A stretch of DNA of 64,000 nucleotides from Octopus sinensis (taxonomy: Eukaryota): assembly GCF_006345805.1 (NCBI RefSeq), contig NC_043006.1, positions 44,516,001 through 44,580,000 of the forward strand. The letters run 5' to 3'. The notes under the pieces are model-generated. The model had not been told where the DNA came from, ran no database searches, and saw nothing but the letters and a program-made list of their open reading frames with translations. Made by a program: the position numbers and the translations under genes. Of this stretch, positions 53,073 to 64,000 are shown piece after piece (position 1 is the first letter of the stretch; the number at the start of each line of letters is the position of its first letter).

Positions 53073-54052
53073 GAAGACCGGTTGAGGCAAGTGAAAATCA
53101 AATCAAAATAGACAAAATAGATGAACATCAATGGAATTTGTATCTTGTGGTATCTTGTGGTACCAGTGCCTGTGGCGCACAAGAAATCCATCAGTGCCGT
53201 AGTCAGTGCGGTGGGCACATGACAAACACCATCCGATCGTGGCCGTTCGCCAGCCTCATCTAGCACCTGTGTCGGTGGCACATAAAAACACCATCCGAAG
53301 ACCCGGCAAGACTAGTCAGGCCATAACCCATGGCCCCTACCTGGGACGTAGTCAGTCCACCTGTGCATACCTTCCTTCTTGTGACACTTGTGAAGACCTG
53401 TTGAGGCAAGTGAAAATCAAATCAAAACAAATCAAAATAGATGAACATCAATGGAATTTGTATCTTTGTGGTACCAGTGCCGGTGGCACGTGGCACATAA
53501 GAAAACCATCCGAACGTGGCCGTAGCCAGTACCGCATCGACTGGCCTCCGTGCTGTGGGCACGAAACAAGCACCATCCGATCGTGGCCGTTTGCCAGCCT
53601 CATCTGGCACCTGTGTCGGTGGCACATAAAAACACCATCCGAGCGTGGCCGTCTGCCAGCCTCGTCTGGCACCTGTGTCGGTGGCACATAAAAACACCAT
53701 CCGAGCGTGGCCGTCTGCCAGCCTCGTCTGGCACCTGTGTCGGTGGCACATAAAAAACACCATCCGAGCGTGGCCGTCTGCCAGCCTCGTCTGGCACCTG
53801 TGTCGGTGGCACATAAAAAACACCATCCGAGCGTGGCCGTTTGTCAGCCTCGTCTGGCACCTGTGTCGGTGGCACATAAAATCACCCACTACACTCTCGG
53901 AGTGGTTGGCGTTAGGAAGGGCATCCAGCTGTAGAAACACTGCCAGATCTGACTGGACTGGTGCAGCTTTCGGGCTCCCCAGACCCCAGTTGAACCGTCC
54001 AACCCATGCTAGCATGGAAAGCAGACGTTAAATGATGATGATGATGATGATG
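53073..54052 (+). mobile_element. RTE LINE 3' end (KTRQD* plus 3' UTR) with five 62-63-bp tandem units and (GAT)n tail
   Basis: AAG ACC CGG CAA GAC TAG at 53298-53315; units start at 53572, 53634, 53696, 53759 and 53822. Confidence 0.8.
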
Positions 54053-54095
<43 letters not shown>

Positions 54096-54339
54096 TAGAC
54101 AGACATGAGTACTTTTATAGATATGTATACACTTACTGTCAGGCAGATCCTATTGGAAGTGACCAACTTCTTTCATTCTAATAGTGTTGATAAAACAAAG
54201 TATTGATGTAGATTTATACTTTTCTATAATGCATCATAGGTTGCTATGGAATTATAACAGAAGACAGGCCAAGTAAAACTGTCATTAAGTCTGAAAGGTC
54301 TGCAAAATTCATGCTGGGTTGCTGATCCTCCTCAAAATA

Positions 54340-54710
54340 GGAGTGGCTATGTGGTAAGTAGCTTGCTTATGAACCACATGGTTCTGGGTTCAGTCCCACT
54401 GCGTGGCACCTTGGGCAAGTGTCTTCTATTATAGCCTCAGGCCAACCAAAGCCTTGTGAGTGGATTTGGTTGATGGAAACTGAAAGAAGCCTGTTATATA
54501 TATATGTGTTTGTGTGTCTGTGTTTGTCCCCACCCAACATTGCTTGACAACCAATGCTGGTGTGTTTACGTCCCCATAACTTAGCAGTTTGGGAAAAGAG
54601 ACCAATAGAATAATTACTAGACTTACAAACAATAAGTCCTGCGGTCGATTTGCTCGACTAAAGGCAGTGCTCCAGCATGGCCACATGACTGAAACAAGTA
54701 AAAGAGTAAC
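54340..54710 (+). mobile_element. SINE family A
   Basis: Full-length match. Confidence 0.85.
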
Positions 54711-54936
54711 TAAATTGTTTTAACATCCACTTTTCCATGAGTTCAATGGAATTTTGTTGAAGTAGATTTTCTACAGTTGGATACCTTTCCTGTCACCAAT
54801 CCTCAAAGGTGACATATGGAATGTAATAGGGAATATATAGATTTTGGAAAAGAATGTGAGGAATGAAATGAGAAAGTGCGAAATGTTGAACGGAATGAGC
54901 GGAATATGGTTAGTGGTTAGTTCACATTACTCCATA

Positions 54937-55165
54937 AGGCGGTGAGCTGGTAGACACGTTAGCACCCTGGCTGAAATGCTTAGCAGTATTTCGTCTGTCT
55001 TTACGTTCTGAGTTCAAATTCCGCTGAGGTCGACTTTGCCTTTCATCCTTTCGGGGTCGATAAATTAAGTACCAGTTACGCACTGGGGGTTGATGTAATC
55101 GACTTAATCCCTTTGTCTGTCCTTGTTTGTCTCCTCTATGTTTAGCCCCTTGTGGGCAATAAAAA
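54937..55165 (+). mobile_element. SINE family B
   Basis: Full head, core and tail. Confidence 0.85.
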
Positions 55166-55429
55166 ATAAAACATTACTCCATAAGGAGCATAGGGTCAGT
55201 TTCCTGTTTTTTCTGGTGTTTATATTCCTCCTTCAATGGGACGCTGGTCTGTTGCAGGATTATTTATTTTTATCAGCTGAGGGAATTGGAACAATGTAAA
55301 ATGAAGTGTTTTGTTCAAGAACACAATGCATCGCCTAGTCCTAGAATTGAAACCACAATCTCATGATTATGAGTCCAACACTCTAACTACCAAGACATGT
55401 GTCTTTACAATAAGTGGAATATAGTATAG

Positions 55430-55960
55430 AATTAGTAAAATGTGTGAAATGTGAAAAGCATTACGAAAGATTATATGTTGAATGGAATGTGGTAGGAAAT
55501 GAGAAAATTGTGTGGAATTTGGAATGCAATGTAGAAGGTATGCTTTGAATGTAAAACAGAGTTTGTAGAATGTGTGCAATGGAATGTGGAGAGTATTATA
55601 TAGAATAAATAGAATGTGTTTCATGTGGAATGCAGAATGAAAAAGATATGTGGAATGTAGAAAGAAATGTGTGGAATGGAATGTGTAAAGTATAATGAAA
55701 TGCATTGAACTTAAAAATGGGAAGTGGAATGGAATGTTAGGAATGCATAGAATGTGGAATGGAATGAAGAATGGAATATGTGTGCAAGATGGAATGAAAT
55801 GAAGTGAAGATGAGAAAGTGTGCAATGCAGTATGAAATGAATAGAATGTCAGGAATGAATTGTGGAATTTAGAATGGAACATATAGAAAGTGGAAAAGAA
55901 AATGTGAAATGTTTAAATGATATTGTGGGATGCATTGAAAGTGGAATGGAATGTGTGAAA
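55430..55960. repeat. Degenerate (GGAAT/GAATG)n satellite-like tract
   Basis: Recurrent tggaatg and gaatg; strongly C-poor + strand. Confidence 0.8.
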
Positions 55961-56994
55961 GCCAATGGTGTGTGTGTCCTTGTGACAGGTTTGTGTCCAA
56001 CATGCTGGAAGATCATTGGGTGTGAGGCACCACTTAGCTTTTGCTAAAGCATGTTTCCAGAAGGCAGTAACTCTGATATAAAACCAAATATTCAAAGAAT
56101 GGCATGGAACATTTTGGGGAGCTTTTGCACTTGAGATTATGGTGCTCCTACATTCCTAAGCTTCTGACCCATATTGACACCGGATATCTTGCCCTGGCTT
56201 GTGTCTGTCTGAATCAAATCAGTAGCTTGGAGAGGGTCTGTGGGGTGTTGCGCAAGCATTACTAGACCTAGAATTTTAGGTTCTGTAATTGCTGACGAGG
56301 TGACTATCTGATGCCTGGTCGTGTAGGAAGGTGCTGTGACAAGCATTAAAGCAGGGGACGCAAGCCCAGGGGAAGCTGACTGCTAATGCAATAACCTCAT
56401 GCACGGGCATTGTTGGCATTTTGCTTGGACGATTGTCAGTTGATGGTCTTCCTTGGTCACAATTGGATAGTCATCATCATGTATGTATGTATGTGTGTGT
56501 GTGTGTCTCTATGTATGTGAGTGTGTATTTATATATATGTATGCATGTGTGTATCTTTATGCTTACACTCCCTTTTCTACTGCTTGGTTTGTTTACATCC
56601 CTGTAACTTAGAGTGACTCAGCAAAAGACACTGATAGAATGACTACCAAACTTTAAAAAAGTAGGTATCAGTGTCAATTTGTTTTATTAAAAACATTAAA
56701 GGCGGTGCTCCAGCATGGCCACAGTCCAATGACAGAAACACATATAAAAGATAAAAGACACCCTCACATGAAAGAGCGATAAGGTTGAATGTAAGCATTA
56801 AATTAACGTTACGTATTTTCCAACTCGCAACGTCACATTTATCTCCCTTTAATCATATGTTTTTCATTCTTAAACTCGCTTTCTGAGTGATTTCTCTTAC
56901 ACCGTATCAACATCAAGCCAATACCAGATATTTCGTTTTGGGATTTGGTTTGCAAGATTCTTTATGTGAGTTCGTGTGTTGAAGCATATTCTGT

Positions 56995-57190
56995 TGTGTC
57001 TGGAGAGAGTCGTTTTTTTTTTGTACCTTATAATTTTATACACTCACCGGTAAAATTTCCACTTATTTCTTATTTTTATTTTCCTAAAATTTTCGTTGCA
57101 TCTTGCAACCTTTTCAATAGTCTTGAAGAAAATAAGAAATAAATGGAAATTTTGGCACAAAAAGAAAATGACTCTCCCCAGACACAACAC
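56995..57190. repeat. Inverted-repeat (Penelope-like) remnant enclosing a hammerhead-like motif
   Basis: ttgtgtctggagagagtc...atttcttattt pairs with aaataagaaat...gactctccccagacacaa; motif on - strand 57120-57083. Confidence 0.55.
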
Positions 57191-58580
57191 AATACCAGAT
57201 AGATTTCTTTATTAAGCCACGCAGGGCCGAGGGAACAGTACAATGCAGAATTTTTTTCAAAACTGATCAATAGGGATCGAAAACGTTTTGGGAAGTTTAC
57301 ACAAGGAGAAAACAAGGAATCGTTTTAACAACTTAAATTCAAAAAAGGGGGAAAAGAATAAATCACTGACTATGGTTATCCGGGGAAAGAAAAACCTAAG
57401 AAAAAGAAAAAAAAACACGGTAACCTCAGAGAATAAATCATGAGAGCAAAGCGCCCTTTCTCTTTTTATTCTATAGGTTCACGTCCGTTTTCCATGCTGG
57501 CATGGGTTGGATGGTTTGACTGAGGACTGGCAAGCCAAGAGCCTGTACCTAGCTCCAATCTGATCTGGCAAGGTTTCTACAGCTGGATGCTCTTCCTGGA
57601 TGCTCAACCACTCCGAGAGTGTAGTGGGTGCTTTTTATGTACCACCAGCATGAGAGCCAGTCAGGTGACTCTAGCATTGACCACGCTTTTTACATGCCAC
57701 CGGCACGGGAGCCAGTTGGGCGGCACTGGTGGGTCTGTTATTGCCTGCAGGACTATAATGAACAAGAGGGGGATGAGAACATTTTTTAATTTAAAATTAA
57801 ATAAGGGTAGAAGTAAAAGAAATGTTCTCTAGCCGGTAAATTGACTGCTGTAGTTTATCAACTGCAGAGTAATTTCGATCTCAGCATGCCAAAGTGAAGG
57901 CATTTGAAAGATACACATAAGTATAATTTTAAAAATCATCTGGAGAGAATAAATTTACAATCTATAAATGTCTTTGAATAACCAGTCACTCATCTGGGAA
58001 GGCCTTGAAATCAATGTTACCACCTGGGGACTATGTGTGACCCAGTGATAATAAAAAGACTGAAAGGAGGTCTGCAATCAAATAACTTTATTCAACACTT
58101 TGCAACTAAATCAGTGGAGGCAAAGATGCCTCTTATTTACTTGACAAATTATGCACCACATTGCAGAAATCACAATCTAAGTGTATGTCAAAGCAAACTT
58201 TACACTGTTGTACCATTGAATTACAAATAATGCCATCTTTTATGCTCGGGTAACCCTACAGCTTCCAAGAGCACAACTGTATTCGTTTTTGCTTAGATAA
58301 AATGACAAAATTGTGGGTGTTAAGTCCCCATGGAGGGGTCTTTGTAACTTGTAAGAAGATGAAATTTTATAAATATTACTTCATTTGTGTCTAATATCTA
58401 TGGTTAAAATTTCATCAACAGCAAAATTATATGAATTGTCATGGGGGTTATGGTCCTTATGCATAGAATATAATTTCGAAATTTCATAAAGATCCATTCA
58501 GTACTTTTGACCTATTTTTGGATCATAAAAGAAATGACTAAAATTTGGGAGTTAAGGCCCCCATTAGGGTGTTATATATA

Positions 58581-59010
58581 TCATCATCATCATCATCGTT
58601 TAACGTCCGCTTTCCATGCTAGCATGGGTTGGACGGTTCAACTGGAGTCTGGGGAGCCCGAAGGCTGCACCAGGCCAGTCAGATCTGGCAGTGTTTCTAC
58701 AGCTGGATGCCCTTCCTAACGCCAACCACTCCGAGAGTGTAGTGGGTGATTTTATGTGCCACCAACACAGGTGCCAGACGAGGCTGGCGAACGGCCATGC
58801 TCGGATGGTGTTTTTTTATGTGCCACCGACACAGGTGCTAGACGAGGCTGGCGGACAGCCACGATCAGATGGTGTTTGTTACGTGCCCACAGCACGGAGG
58901 CCAGTCGATGCGGTACTGGCTACGGCCACATTCGGATGGTTTTCTTATGTGCCACCGGCACTGGTACCACTAAGATACAAATTCCATTGATGTTCATCTA
59001 TTTTGATTTG
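58581..59010 (-). mobile_element. Family C / RTE 3' UTR copy with two tandem units
   Basis: Near-identical by eye to 53420-54050, in reverse orientation. Confidence 0.85.
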
Positions 59011-60066
59011 GAAATTGATGGATACAACTGAGTGGGCAAACAAAAATATGAGACACAGCCTATTGCTTTTTTTATGTTGATAAGCCTGGTACTTATTTTA
59101 TTAGTTTGTTCTTGTGAAACCAGTAAGTGATGAAGATGTAAATAAATGAACAGCAGTTGTGAAGCAGTGATGAGGGCAAAACTCATAGACAAAGATACAC
59201 ACATAGACTTACATATATACATACATATATAAACAAATGATTTGTTTCAGTTCCTGTCTACGAAATCCATATATATATATGTATACACACACACACACAC
59301 ACACAAAGATAAATTGATAGATACAACTGAGTGGGCAAACAAAAATATGAGACACTGCCTAGTGCTTTTTTTATTTTGATAAGCCTGGTACTTATTCTAT
59401 CGGTTACTTCTTGTGAAACCAGTAAGTTATGGGGATGTAAATAAACGAACACCAGTTGTGAAGCAGTGATGATGGAGAAACACAAAGACACACACATAGA
59501 CTTACATATATACATGCATATATACACAGTTGGTTTCTTTCAGTTTCTGTCTACAAAATCCATTGACAAGGCTTTGGTTGGTCTGTGGCTATAGCAGAAG
59601 ACACATGCCAAGTTACCACACAGTGGGACTGAACTGAAGACGATGTGTTTTGGAACCAAGTTTGTTACCACACAGTCACACCTGCATCTATGTATGTGTA
59701 TGTGCATATGGGTGTATATATGTATGCATGTATATATGTGTATATATATGTGTACATATTACATGTACATCTCTCTCTCTCTATATATATATACATCTAC
59801 ACATACATGTATACATATACATCTATATCTATAGAAATACATCTATACATATACAGGTATACATATACATTTATATATATACATCTAGGCGCAGGAGTGG
59901 CTGTGTGGTAAGTAGCTTGTAACCAACCACATGGTTCCGAGTTCAGTCCCACCGCATGGCATCTTGGGCAAGTGTCTTCTGCTATAGCCCCGGGCCAACC
60001 AATGCCTTGTGAGTGGATTTGGTAGACGGAAACTGAAAGAAGCCTGTCGTATATATGTATATATAT

Positions 60067-60119
<53 letters not shown>

Positions 60120-60774
60120 TATATATATGTGTGTGTGTATGTGTTTGTCCCCCTAGCATTTGATTGAAATTGGTTGTGTAGTTCTCAAGTTTTAGGGATT
60201 CACACAGATATAGATGATCTTGACATTCTTTTCATTTTACATAAAATATTCTTTACATTCTACTGTTGTTTTATTGCCATTTATTTACATGGATTATAAA
60301 TTTTATAGGTTAAATATTTTTCTGGGAGTGAATTATGATTTATAACATTGCTAGTATGGGAAATTATTGCTCTGCTTTACGAGTTTTTACTTTATGAGCG
60401 GTCTCTGGGAACAAACTAACTTGGTAAATCAAGGCATTACTATATTCTGTTTTGGTTTTGTAGAATAAAGCTTGGTCACAACCTTTATGCACTCAAATGA
60501 AGAGGCAATTCACACTTGCTAATGTCAGTAAAATGTGGGGGTTGGATCACTACAGTGAGCGTAGGAGAAATTAGTGGTTTATTTGTTCTTCCTAGACCAT
60601 CCTTTGACCTGATAATTCTCTCGTGTTTCAGGCCAGCACACCCTAGTTGGTTCTCACTTGCTGGCAGGACAACAAACTCACAGATAAAAATACAAGTTCT
60701 CACTACCTACATTTTCTTGGGTCATATGGACACACACACACACACACACACAAGTGTATGTTAATATGTGTGTA

Positions 60775-60775
<1 letters not shown>

Positions 60776-60859
<84 letters not shown>
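60776..60859. repeat. (TAT)n microsatellite
   Basis: Direct inspection. Confidence 0.95.
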
Positions 60860-60860
<1 letters not shown>

Positions 60861-61057
60861 GTTTGACTTTTGCTTTACATTTGTACAAGTTGGCTCCAAG
60901 TCTCACCCAGAGACCTCAAGAGACAACAAGTTAGAAGTTCATGTTGGTGTTATGCCTAGGGTGCTATATATTTGGTTTTGTACTTAGTGTTGTACTAGTG
61001 AATGCTTAAGAAACCATGAGAAAACTATGTTTGTTTTAAAACTTGAGATTATTATTA

Positions 61058-61097
<40 letters not shown>

Positions 61098-61539
61098 CAT
61101 TATTATTATTATCCAGCAGATCAATGGTTTTCATTTCTTGCCGAGTGTCTTCCTGACACCTATCATCATGATCATCATCATCATCATTTAAAACAATATG
61201 ATTAAGGGTGGGGTGGAAGCATGTTGTTTTAAAAATTAATATGTGTAACTCATTATAAATGTGTTCAGAATCATCTTTCTTTTCCATTTGTCCACTCACT
61301 AGTATGTGTGTGTGTGTGTGTGTGTGTGTGTACATATAAGAAAAAGAGATAATACAGGAAAAGCAATTTTATGAATTCCATTAGCTTCTTCTATTGAATG
61401 CCTCCTCTCCTCTATTCTTTCTATTCCTTCCCCTCTTCTTTTCTTTCCTTCTCTTCTCCTTCGTCCTTCCCTTCCAAATCATCACTTCCCTTTCACTCTC
61501 CTCTTCATCACTCTTCCACTTACCTCTTTTCTTCCTCTC

Positions 61540-62095
61540 CTCCACGATTCGGATGGTGCTTTTTACGTGCCACCGACACGGAAGCCAGTCGAGGTGGCAC
61601 TGGCATCGGTCACGATTCGGATAGTGCTTTTTACGTATCTCCAGTCCAGGGGTCCTGGCATCTGCCAGGTGCCAGTCATAGGATTGGTTCGATTTCACTT
61701 GCCCCAACAGGTCTTCACCAGCAAATGGGGGTTGGCATAGGTGCCTGTCATCAGATGAGGTTCAATATCGACTTTGCTTGCCTCAATAGGTCTTTGTGTG
61801 TCCAAGGGAGGAAAGGCATGCATAAGTGGGCTGGACTCACTTGTCCTGCCTGGTCTTTTCACGCACAGCATATTTCCAAAGGTCTCGGTCGCTGGTCATT
61901 TCCTCAGTGAGACCTAAAGTTCGAAGGTCGTGCTTCACCACCTCGTCCCAGGTTTTCCTGGGTCTACCTCTTCCACAGGTTCCCTCAACTGCTAGGGTGT
62001 AGCACTTTTGCACACAACTATCTTCAGCCATTCTCGTCACATGACTATACCAGCGCAGACGTCTCTCTTGCACACCACAACTGATGCTTCTTAGG
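61540..62095 (-). mobile_element. RTE LINE 3' end: ORF C-terminus plus 3' UTR
   Basis: RRLRWYSHVTRM...GRGRPRKTWDEVVKHDL...REKTRQDK*, followed by a UTR with gtggcacgtaaaaagcaccatccga units. Confidence 0.85.
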
Positions 62096-62121
62096 TTCAT
62101 ATATATATACATATATATATA

Positions 62122-62173
<52 letters not shown>

Positions 62174-62191
62174 GTGTGTATATATATATAT

Positions 62192-63312
62192 ATAATATAA
62201 ATAATATATAAATATATGCATATATACATACATATATGTACATACCTGCATATATATGTATATATACAGGTATATATGGGTACAGGACATCAAAAAAACG
62301 TTGAACACAATGAGAAACGAAAACATAGAAACAAACTTTTTTTTCGAACAATGAGAAAAACAGAGAAGTGGGACATACAACATAAAGAATATTCCCCTTC
62401 TTCAGTTGTCCCTGTTTCATCTACTCCACGTTACGAAGGCAAGGACAATATGCGACTTCGTTGAAAAAGTCCTATCCACAAATCAAATTAAATAAAATTT
62501 GGGATTTTTGCGGAGGGTAAAAGTGGTAACAGGAACAGGATAGTGAGAACAAAACAGTAAAAAACAAACAGTGTGGGTTGTTAAGCCAATATGCTACAAA
62601 AATTATTATGAACGCTAGGAAGACGAGCTTATGAGAGGAGACAATATAAGCATGTGTTGTCTTTAGGAAGGTAATGGACAGAAAGATAGATTCTCTTTTG
62701 TCACGTGTCAGCGATGAGAGAGTCAAGGAGGAGGAGTGAGAGAGAGGGAATGGTGAAGAGGAGAGGAGAAGAATAGGGAAGGGTGGGAGAGAAAACCAGA
62801 AAGGATGTAGAACAAGAGAGGGAGAGAGATAGACAGAGAACATATAGTAGAGATAGAAGAGTGCGCATCGTAATTATTAAGATAAAACTTACTTGGAAAA
62901 GGATGCGTGGTGTACGATCATATGACAATATAAATAATATATAAATATATGCATATATACATACATATATGTACATACATATATATATATGTATATATAC
63001 ATGCATATATGGGTACAGGACATCAAAAAAACGTTGAACACAATGAGAAACGAAAACGTGAAAACAAAAACATAGAAATGAACTTTTTTTTTGAACAGCG
63101 AAAAAACAGAGAAACGAGAAATGCAACATAAAGAATATTCCCCTTCTTCAGTTGTCCCTGTTTCATCTACTCCACGTTTTGAAGGCAAGGACAATACACG
63201 ACTTCGTTGAAACAGTCCTATCCGCAAAGCAAATTAAATAAAATTTGGGATTTTTGCGGAGGGTGAAAGTGGTAACAAGAACAGAATAGTGAGAACAAAA
63301 TAGTAAAAACAA
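62192..63312. repeat. Two ~380-bp direct repeats (62192-62567, 62927-63312) around a purine-rich spacer; Penelope-like remnant
   Basis: The two copies align by eye; split hammerhead-like motifs on the - strand. Confidence 0.6.
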
Positions 63313-64000
63313 ATGCTGCAATTGTTTATATATATATATATATTGGCCTGCTCGCTAAAACAATACAAAGCGCATTGTGACCAGTGATGTGTAGCAACAT
63401 CTGATAGCCTGGTCAGTCACGGTGATATGTATATATATATATATATATATAAAGGTTATGACTTTTTGATTTTTTGGATGTAAACAATTTCCTGTATCAA
63501 AAGTCGATGAAGAATTTCATATAAGTAATGAAAATTACCTTTATTTCCCCAAGTGAAGAAATCTAACACCACTTTTGATCCAACTCTTGCAAAATTCTAG
63601 GGGGTTCATAATGCCTACTCGAGTTTTTACCAAACTTAGTGTGCTGACTTAATGCAATGCAGAAGCAGTATATCTCAAATTTCAGCTTTCAAGTTTTTAA
63701 TTTGCTACCACTTAGGCCCTACTTTAGGAAAAGTTCTCTTCCTCTCCTATTTATTTCTGTGATGCTAAAAACTCTGACTATATTAACTGTTTTTCAGAAT
63801 TGTAGACTTATCCAACTAGAGTATCTAAAATAATGTCTCATAAGAGAAGTGCTTGTGTCACTCAAAGAAACAAAAAAGTCTGGGCAATTTTAAGACTCAC
63901 ATAAGGAAAGAAGATCTGTTCCTCTAGAAGAGCATTCTTTGGAAAACAACTGCAGGATACCAGTGAAACAACTGTAGGGTACCTGTTCCCTGGAGGTACC

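Noticed and set aside
53572-53881. CRISPR-like array
   Set aside because: The units are near-identical along their whole length with no unique spacers, there are no cas genes, and the context is a eukaryotic LINE UTR.
55367-55882. 171-aa His/Phe-rich ORF
   Set aside because: Reverse translation of the GGAAT satellite-like tract.
60647-62464. Poly-Ile, poly-Tyr, poly-Asn and YI-repeat ORFs
   Set aside because: Translations of (TAT)n and (TA)n microsatellites.

Overview
AT-rich, microsatellite-dense animal genomic DNA. The SINE and LINE families look like those I recall from octopod cephalopods (inference, not searched). I can support two protein-coding genes. (1) A + strand six-exon gene assembled by hand from splice sites with consistent phases (ATG 9302; exons 9302-9352, 11575-11827, 13203-13315, 20918-20985, 23405-23628, 25415-28723/28734). 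It encodes a type II membrane protein: short N-terminal tail, TM helix, SEA-like domain, then a ~1,100-aa Ser/Thr/Asn-rich mucin-like stalk. No protease or other C-terminal domain exon is visible. (2) An intact intronless RIO kinase 1 on the - strand (44878-46512). The rest is mostly mobile DNA: RTE LINE fragments, tRNA-headed SINE families, mariner and Tc1-type deletion derivatives, MITEs, Helitron-like elements and two solo LTRs. The most unusual signal is a set of foldback palindromes (13.7, 14.2, 14.7, 42.1, 51.9, 57.1 kb) whose apex falls on or beside a minimal type I hammerhead-ribozyme-like core, suggesting Penelope-like elements that fold back at the ribozyme. A second is that the abundant headless (GAT)n-tailed repeat appears to be the 3' UTR of an RTE LINE carrying an expandable ~62-bp tandem unit. 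All calls were made by eye; no alignment, folding or database search was run.
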